A model generated the notes under the pieces. That model was not told where the DNA came from. It did not search any database and was given only the letters and a program-made list of their open reading frames with translations. DNA of 32,000 nt from Pyrodictium delaneyi (GTDB lineage: Archaea; Thermoproteota; Thermoprotei_A; Sulfolobales; Pyrodictiaceae): positions 420,001 through 452,000 of the forward strand of contig NZ_CP013011.1 of assembly GCF_001412615.1 (NCBI RefSeq), given 5' to 3'. Each line of letters starts with the position of its first letter. The first letter of the stretch is position 1. Made by a program: the position numbers and the translations under genes. Below are positions 26,755-32,000 of this stretch, piece by piece.

Positions 26755-29700
26755 TTACTCACCCTGAGGCCTCCACTCATGCTTGGGTGCAAGGCGGAGT
26801 CTGGGCATTACACACATACTCATCATTTCTTGGAGGAGGAGCTTGAAGGCGTAAGGCACTGTCACCGCCGAGATCTTGCCCTTGTCGCCATGTATTGGGC
26901 ATATATACTTCCTCTTATTGCGGTCAAACCATGCCATGTGACCGCATTTCTCGCAGACATACATTACGTAGCGGTCGCTGCTCTCCAGCATACGCTCGCG
27001 CAGCAACATTGCTGCTCCATGACCAATGAGGCAGTCCCGCTCCATCTCACCGAATCTTAGACCGCCTTCACGGGCACGACCCTCGGTAGGCTGCCTGGTT
27101 AATACCTGTACGGGGCCCCTAGCGCGGGCGTGCATCTTATCTGCTACCATGTGGTGTAGCTTCTGGTAATAGACTATTCCAATTAGTATGGGGTTTCTGA
27201 GTAGCTCGCCGGTACGGCCATCATACATTAGTTCTGTGCCATCAGGAGCGTAGCCAGCCTTTAACAGTTCTATCTTAAGGTTCTCTATAGGTTCCTTAGC
27301 GAACGGCGTACCGTCCACGAAGCGGCCGTAAATCGCCGCATATTTTCCTGCTATGGCTTCGAAGAGCTGGCCCAGGGTCATTCGCGATGGGAACGCGTGT
27401 GGGTTTATGATGAGATCTGGCGTTATACCATCCTCGGTGAATGGCATGTCGTACTGCGGGATGAGCATACCTATTACGCCCTTCTGGCCGTGGCGGGATG
27501 CAAACTTGTCACCCAGCTCTGGTATACGTTGATCACGTACACGGACTTTGATGAGCTTGAAGCCTTCGATATTCTCTGTAAGTATAACTGTGTCAACGAA
27601 GCCTTTCTCGCCATGCCTCATTGTTACTGAAGTATCGCGGCGTCTTACCGAGACAGTGCCGAACTCGCGGTATTCCTCCATGAATCTTGGCGGGCTTGTC
27701 TTGCCTATCAGCACCTCGCCACCCGATACTTCTACTTCAGGGCTGATTATACCGTCTGCGTCTAGTTTACGGTACATCTCTGGCGGTTTAGAGCCCTCTA
27801 TATTTGCCTCAGGTTTCTCTATCCTGTCGCTGAGACCGCCAGCGTAGCGGCGCTCCTCGGTAGCATAGAGACGGAAGAATGTTGAACGGGCTAGGCCACG
27901 TTCTACTGAGGACTTATTCATTATTATAGCGTCCTCGATGTTGTAGCCAGTGAACGACATTACAGCTATTACCATGTTCTGACCAGCAGGGCGTTCGTTG
28001 AAACCGATGACGTCAAGTGTGCGTGTCTGGACTAGTGGCTTCTCAGGGTAGTGTAGCAGATGTGCACGTGTGTCTACACGTATCTGGTAGTTGGCAGCGT
28101 ATAGACCTAGAGCCTGCTTGGCCATAGCTGCTTGATAGGTGTTACGTGGCGACTGGTTATGTTCGGCGTAGGGTATGGTGCTCGCTGTTACACCCATTAT
28201 TGCCGCTGGCCATATTTCCATGTGAGTATGCTCTGGCGTTAGGTCTTCCGGGTTGAGCGCTATGTATGTATTCTCCTCTTCTTCAGCGTCTAGCATCTCT
28301 ACTATACCATTGCGGAGGAGATCGCTGAAATTCCACTCTCCTCGGCGTAGCTTCTCAGCGTGTTCTGGGCTGTAAACGAGGCGGCCCTTCTCGACCACGA
28401 ATACCGGACGCAGTATTCTGCCCTGGTCGGTGTTGATGTATACTTCGTTGATGTACTCGGTCTTGTATACCGAGACGTTCACGTCTGGCGGCAGCTTACC
28501 ACTGCGGCGGAGACGACGCAGTTCCTGGGCTAATGCCTCGCCATCGGGGTGGTAGCCTATGAGCCTGCCATTGAGGAATATCTTGCTCCACTGTTGTAGC
28601 TCGGGTGGATAGTATCCAACTTTCCGGACTTCGTTGAACACCTCTACCGCGTCACGTACACCCATGTCGTACAGTATCTTCTCTACCTCTTCCTCGCTGA
28701 CGCCCGGAGAGACGTAGGCCATTAGCGCGAGGTTCTTGACGAGACCACAGTTGGGGCCTTCAGGAGTCTCGAAGGGGCATATTCTGCCCCACTGTGTACC
28801 ATGCACGTCTCGCGCCTCGAAGTGCGGCTGGCTACGGCTTAGCTGCGAGACTACGCGACGGAGGTGACTGAGCATCGACAGCCAGTTTGTACGATCCAAT
28901 ATCTGGCTTACACCTGTACGCTGTCCAGGCCAGTTACCTGTTGCAAGTGCCTCACGTAGACGGTTAGTTATGATGTCGGAGCGTATGACCATACGGACGC
29001 TGATATGCCGGCCGCGGGCGCGTAGCTTCTCAAGCTGCTGGCGTACATCATACGCTAGAGCCCTCATAGCTATACGGAAGACCATTGCTATTAGGTCGCC
29101 TGCTAGTAGGACACGCTTGTTAGCATAGTGGTCCTTGTCATCCTCGCCACGGCGGCCTAGTACGTACTCGAGTAGCTTTGCAGCCATCTGGCCAAGGAAG
29201 AGTGCTTTACGTAGACGAGCTTCTGGACGAGTACCTATGTGAGGGAGTAGTATATAGTCAAGAACTCTCTCTGCTACACGTATACGCTGTTCACGAGGCT
29301 TACCTATACCTTCACGGAATCTGCTGCCTATGAAGTCTAGTGCGTCTTCAACAGTGTTTATGGCGCGCGCTTGCTCGAGCGATGGAATGAGCATCTGCTG
29401 TATCTGCGGGTCAGGACTTATGGCTAGGACTATGTCGCGATCACTTTCTAGGCCTAGAGCACGCATTAGTATGATAAACGGTATCTTGCTCAGGGCTCTG
29501 CTCATAGAGACATGAAGTGTACCATCCTTATGCATGTCTAGGATTAGCTGATAGCGTACACCTGCGTGGGAAGAAATGACCTTAGCTGTGTACACCGCAC
29601 TACCAGTACCAGCCCGAGCCTTGCCTACTAGTATCCGGTTGAGTGCCTGATCTTCCTGAATCACAACGACACGCTCAGACCCGTTAATTATGAAATAGCC

Positions 29701-30189
29701 GCCTGGATCGCGGGGATCCTCGCCTGCTTCAATGAGTATACGTTCACAATCCTCCCTGGGACCACCTTCGTAGAAACACTTAGCAAGGGGATCCGCCTTT
29801 GATCGCAGCATTACGGGGAGGAAGCCTAGAATTATATCTTCAGGTTCACGCTCTATACCATTCTCTACTATTATTACCTTGGCCTTGATAGGCGCTGCGT
29901 AAGTTAGATCACGAATGCGACATTCCATAGGCGTTACTGGATGTTCGCTTCCATCGCTCTCCATTACCATTGGTTCGCCTAGTTCTACGTCTACTATACG
30001 TACCTCATACTCGCGTCTCGGCGTCGCTATTACTCCGAATTCTTTTACTATCTCCTTCAGCTCTTTCTCTACAAATCTGTTATACGAATCTATGTGCTGC
30101 TTAACTAGACCATATTCGTCGATGAATGCTTTCATTACGAGCCATCTATCCTCTACTGTTGGGAAAGCCCTCTGTGCCAGTGTAACCAC
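26755..30189 (-). CDS. rpoB: DNA-directed RNA polymerase subunit B (Rpo2), unsplit
   Basis: 1144 aa with conserved blocks ([24 protein letters not shown]) and a C-terminal Zn ribbon CEKCG...CPIHG. The start is GTG. Confidence 0.97.
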   Translation of the reverse strand: MVTLAQRAFPTVEDRWLVMKAFIDEYGLVKQHIDSYNRFVEKELKEIVKEFGVIATPRREYEVRIVDVELGEPMVMESDGSEHPVTPMECRIRDLTYAAPIKAKVIIVENGIEREPEDIILGFLPVMLRSKADPLAKCFYEGGPREDCERILIEAGEDPRDPGGYFIINGSERVVVIQEDQALNRILVGKARAGTGSAVYTAKVISSHAGVRYQLILDMHKDGTLHVSMSRALSKIPFIILMRALGLESDRDIVLAISPDPQIQQMLIPSLEQARAINTVEDALDFIGSRFREGIGKPREQRIRVAERVLDYILLPHIGTRPEARLRKALFLGQMAAKLLEYVLGRRGEDDKDHYANKRVLLAGDLIAMVFRIAMRALAYDVRQQLEKLRARGRHISVRMVIRSDIITNRLREALATGNWPGQRTGVSQILDRTNWLSMLSHLRRVVSQLSRSQPHFEARDVHGTQWGRICPFETPEGPNCGLVKNLALMAYVSPGVSEEEVEKILYDMGVRDAVEVFNEVRKVGYYPPELQQWSKIFLNGRLIGYHPDGEALAQELRRLRRSGKLPPDVNVSVYKTEYINEVYINTDQGRILRPVFVVEKGRLVYSPEHAEKLRRGEWNFSDLLRNGIVEMLDAEEEENTYIALNPEDLTPEHTHMEIWPAAIMGVTASTIPYAEHNQSPRNTYQAAMAKQALGLYAANYQIRVDTRAHLLHYPEKPLVQTRTLDVIGFNERPAGQNMVIAVMSFTGYNIEDAIIMNKSSVERGLARSTFFRLYATEERRYAGGLSDRIEKPEANIEGSKPPEMYRKLDADGIISPEVEVSGGEVLIGKTSPPRFMEEYREFGTVSVRRRDTSVTMRHGEKGFVDTVILTENIEGFKLIKVRVRDQRIPELGDKFASRHGQKGVIGMLIPQYDMPFTEDGITPDLIINPHAFPSRMTLGQLFEAIAGKYAAIYGRFVDGTPFAKEPIENLKIELLKAGYAPDGTELMYDGRTGELLRNPILIGIVYYQKLHHMVADKMHARARGPVQVLTRQPTEGRAREGGLRFGEMERDCLIGHGAAMLLRERMLESSDRYVMYVCEKCGHMAWFDRNKRKYICPIHGDKGKISAVTVPYAFKLLLQEMMSMCVMPRLRLAPKHEWRPQGE

Positions 30190-30194
30190 CCCAT

Positions 30195-30211
30195 CTAGAC
30201 TATAAGTCTAG
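30195..30211. repeat. Palindrome CTAGACT-ATA-AGTCTAG 6 nt upstream of the rpoB start
   Basis: A 7-bp inverted repeat with a 3-nt spacer, read directly from the rpoH-rpoB spacer. Confidence 0.7.
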
Positions 30212-30268
30212 GGCCACGAGTTGGGCTTAATGTGGAGGATACATCAAGAGATAAGTGTTATACATAGC

Positions 30269-30520
30269 CTAGTATCCCACGACATACCTATAGACTACTA
30301 CTTCACCCGAGGTAGGACTCTTCCTATAAATTCTCACTATGTCGCCCGGTTTAGCACCTATAGCACGGGCAACGGGATCTGTAACACGTAACCAAGGCAG
30401 CTGTTCTGGCCGTATACCGAGCTCACGTAGTATACGTGCAGCCTCTTGGGGAGGCACAACCTCGTGTCTAGGCACAAGCTCGTGCTCGAGTATATTGAAT
30501 TTCTTCTTCTGCCGCGCCAT
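30269..30520 (-). CDS. rpoH: DNA-directed RNA polymerase subunit H (Rpo5)
   Basis: [15 protein letters not shown]...[21 protein letters not shown] chose the ATG at 30520 because GGGGTGA lies just upstream. The ORF-track start is the GTG at 30529. Confidence 0.9.
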   Translation of the reverse strand: MARQKKKFNILEHELVPRHEVVPPQEAARILRELGIRPEQLPWLRVTDPVARAIGAKPGDIVRIYRKSPTSGEVVVYRYVVGY

Positions 30521-30550
30521 AATCGTCACCCCATATTAGGTAGAAACATA

Positions 30551-30574
30551 CAGGAGGCGAAAGTACTCCTCCTG
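30551..30574. promoter_or_regulatory. Inverted repeat CAGGAGG-N10-CCTCCTG between the L37e stop and the rpoH start
   Basis: A 7-bp perfect inverted repeat read directly from the sequence. It abuts the tandem TATA-like octamers at 30574-30589. Confidence 0.3.
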
Positions 30575-30589
30575 GTTATATGGTTATAT
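30574..30589 (-). promoter_or_regulatory. Tandem ATATAACC ATATAACC (minus strand); candidate TATA element(s) of the rpoH-rpoB-rpoA operon
   Basis: A direct 8-mer duplication read from the sequence, about 55-70 nt upstream of the rpoH ATG. Confidence 0.3.
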
Positions 30590-30623
30590 TGGTAGTTAGT
30601 TCCTAGTAGGCTCTCGTTTAGGT

Positions 30624-30812
30624 CTAGCGGAGACGGACTCTATTCACCTTCTTATTCATCCAGGAGTAGCGACGGAGCCTCTTACTTCTACCATATCCGC
30701 ATGCTGCACAATATCCCTTAGCAGCGTGGTAGGAATGCCTTCCACAACGGGGGCATCTTATATGTGTATAGTTCTTGTTCATTTTACCAAACGAAGGTGT
30801 TCCCTTGCTCAT
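30624..30812 (-). CDS. rpl37e: 50S ribosomal protein L37e (eL37)
   Basis: 62 aa, [33 protein letters not shown] zinc ribbon. Confidence 0.93.
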   Translation of the reverse strand: MSKGTPSFGKMNKNYTHIRCPRCGRHSYHAAKGYCAACGYGRSKRLRRYSWMNKKVNRVRLR

Positions 30813-30849
30813 TTTCTACACCTCCAGCTAAGTTATTGCATATTTGACA

Positions 30850-31077
30850 TTAGAACTGAGCCGGTGATATGAGTAACACAGTGTCGCCACGTATGACAAT
30901 AGTTCCAAGCTTTCTTGTACGTCCATCCTCATAAATCTCCTCGGCATCCTCTAGAACCAGATTCAAGTGTTGATCATAACTCTTTAGCTTTCCTCTGACC
31001 TCATTCGCACCCTTAAGTTTCACTAGGACGATGCTACCTATGCTGTCACCAAGGACACGGTGTGTCGTCTCGGCCAT
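30850..31077 (-). CDS. Sm-like archaeal protein (SmAP/LSm)
   Basis: Sm1/Sm2 motifs ([31 protein letters not shown]...[13 protein letters not shown]). I chose the ATG at 31077. The Sm-L37e gene pair is conserved. Confidence 0.9.
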   Translation of the reverse strand: MAETTHRVLGDSIGSIVLVKLKGANEVRGKLKSYDQHLNLVLEDAEEIYEDGRTRKLGTIVIRGDTVLLISPAQF

Positions 31078-31115
31078 CCCGCTGCTGCACCCCAGGCAGG
31101 GGCACACTCAGGGGG

Positions 31116-31123
31116 CTTTATAG
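31116..31123. promoter_or_regulatory. TATA-like CTTTATAG in the divergent Sm / PUA spacer
   Basis: This is the only A/T-rich element in the 102-nt divergent spacer. It lies about 40 nt from the Sm ATG and about 60 nt from the PUA-gene ATG. Confidence 0.25.
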
Positions 31124-31179
31124 GGAATTCTCTCCTAGCCGCTTCTAGCGCGAACGGTGACCAGGCTGTGCGGAGATGG

Positions 31180-31656
31180 ATGCTCTCCAAGAAGGATAGA
31201 AAGAAACTTTCCAGGAGATTATCCGAACTCTATCCGAAACTTAATTTGTCTAATGTAGACCACATAGAGGTGACCGTGGACGATGATATAGAGATCTACA
31301 TCTTCGACGGAGTACCTGCATTCATAAAGTTAGGAGAGGAACTGTTTGTCCCACATCTCAAGTACTTGCTACGTTATGGCTACAAGGAATGGCTCCCATA
31401 CATAGTAGTAGACAAAGGCGCTGTTAAGCCCATATCAAGGGGAGCAGACTTGATGAGGCCAGGCATAGTAGAAATACCAGTCGACTTCGATAAAGGATCA
31501 ATCGTAGTCATAGTAGAACCTACAAGAAGGCTTCCATTAGCAATACATCATACACTCTATAACAGCTCGGAAATAAAGACCATGGAGAAAGGAAGGGTTA
31601 CAAAGAAGCTGCACAACCTTGGCGATAGGTTCTGGAAGTTCTCAGAAATTCTCTAG
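31180..31656 (+). CDS. PUA-domain RNA-binding protein (MCT-1/Tma20-like)
   Basis: MLSKKDRKKL... followed by the PUA pattern VVDKGAVKPISRGADLMRPGIV...GSIVVIV. I chose the ATG at 31180. The upstream part of the ORF-track ORF overlaps the Sm gene. Confidence 0.85.
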   Translation: MLSKKDRKKLSRRLSELYPKLNLSNVDHIEVTVDDDIEIYIFDGVPAFIKLGEELFVPHLKYLLRYGYKEWLPYIVVDKGAVKPISRGADLMRPGIVEIPVDFDKGSIVVIVEPTRRLPLAIHHTLYNSSEIKTMEKGRVTKKLHNLGDRFWKFSEIL

Positions 31657-32000
31657 GCATAGCCAGCTACGTGGACGGAGTCTAAGATCGACGGTGTGTA
31701 CATACGCACATCTGGTAGACCAAGATACTTACTTTTCTTCCTTATAGTCTCTGCAAGTGAATATATGGCTTGTGGTTCGCCGTGATTTAGGATTATATTT
31801 TTCGGCTTTGGCTTTATATTGGCTAGGAATGCTAGTAACTGACGTCTATCAGAATGTCCTGAGAAACCATCGATGGACTTTACCTCCATATTTATCTTGA
31901 CTACCTCAAGTCTGCCATCTTCACCTACCATTGTTATCTCGCGTTCACCATCTAGTATTCTTCGACCAAGTGTACCCCTGGCTTGGTAGCTTACAAATAC
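31653..32000 (-). CDS. beta-CASP RNase (aCPSF1-like), C-terminal ~115 aa; the 5' end lies outside the window
   Basis: VFVSYQARGTLGRRILDG...SIDGFSGHSDRRQLLAFL...NHGEP. The frame is open up to position 32000. Confidence 0.8.
   Translation of the reverse strand, partial: VFVSYQARGTLGRRILDGEREITMVGEDGRLEVVKINMEVKSIDGFSGHSDRRQLLAFLANIKPKPKNIILNHGEPQAIYSLAETIRKKSKYLGLPDVRMYTPSILDSVHVAGYA

Noticed and set aside
26755-30189. I checked rpoB, rpoA' and rpoA'' for inteins, splits or frameshifts.
   Set aside because: The reading frames are continuous, the lengths are normal for Crenarchaeota, and the conserved blocks are contiguous. Nothing unusual was seen.

Overview
This looks like a crenarchaeal chromosome (Thermoprotei, Desulfurococcales-like), judged from an unsplit rpoB, a split rpoA'/rpoA'', rpoH upstream, and EF-1alpha-S10-tRNA-Ser. 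The right half (17.9-32 kb, minus strand) is the conserved information-processing supercluster: rpoH-rpoB-rpoA'-rpoA''-L30e-NusA-S12, then S7-EF-1alpha-S10-tRNA-Ser(UGA). A divergent BFN/DUF151-like gene sits on the opposite strand between S12 and S7. This half also holds Sm-L37e, a PUA-domain protein and the C-terminus of an aCPSF1-type beta-CASP RNase. The middle (3.8-16 kb) is a complete fatty-acid beta-oxidation plus electron-transfer cluster: HAD/ECH fusion, acyl-CoA dehydrogenase, DUF35+thiolase, SCP2, acyl-CoA synthetase, ETF beta/alpha, and a membrane HdrD/GlpC-like Fe-S oxidoreductase. The left end (1-3.7 kb) is accessory and partly decayed. It contains an Arch_ATPase lacking the Walker A lysine, a multiply frameshifted nucleotidyltransferase, and a high-GC pair (secreted protein plus Get3/ArsA-like ATPase). 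The most unusual stretch is a strongly AT-rich islet of about 1.9 kb (about 15.99-17.95 kb) between the ETF operon and the 3' end of tRNA-Ser. It carries two divergently transcribed orphan genes: a protein with a ferritin-like four-helix bundle, and a 237-aa protein of unknown family. I saw no CRISPR array, rRNA, transposase or integrase. All composition statements are by-eye estimates, and no database search was possible.
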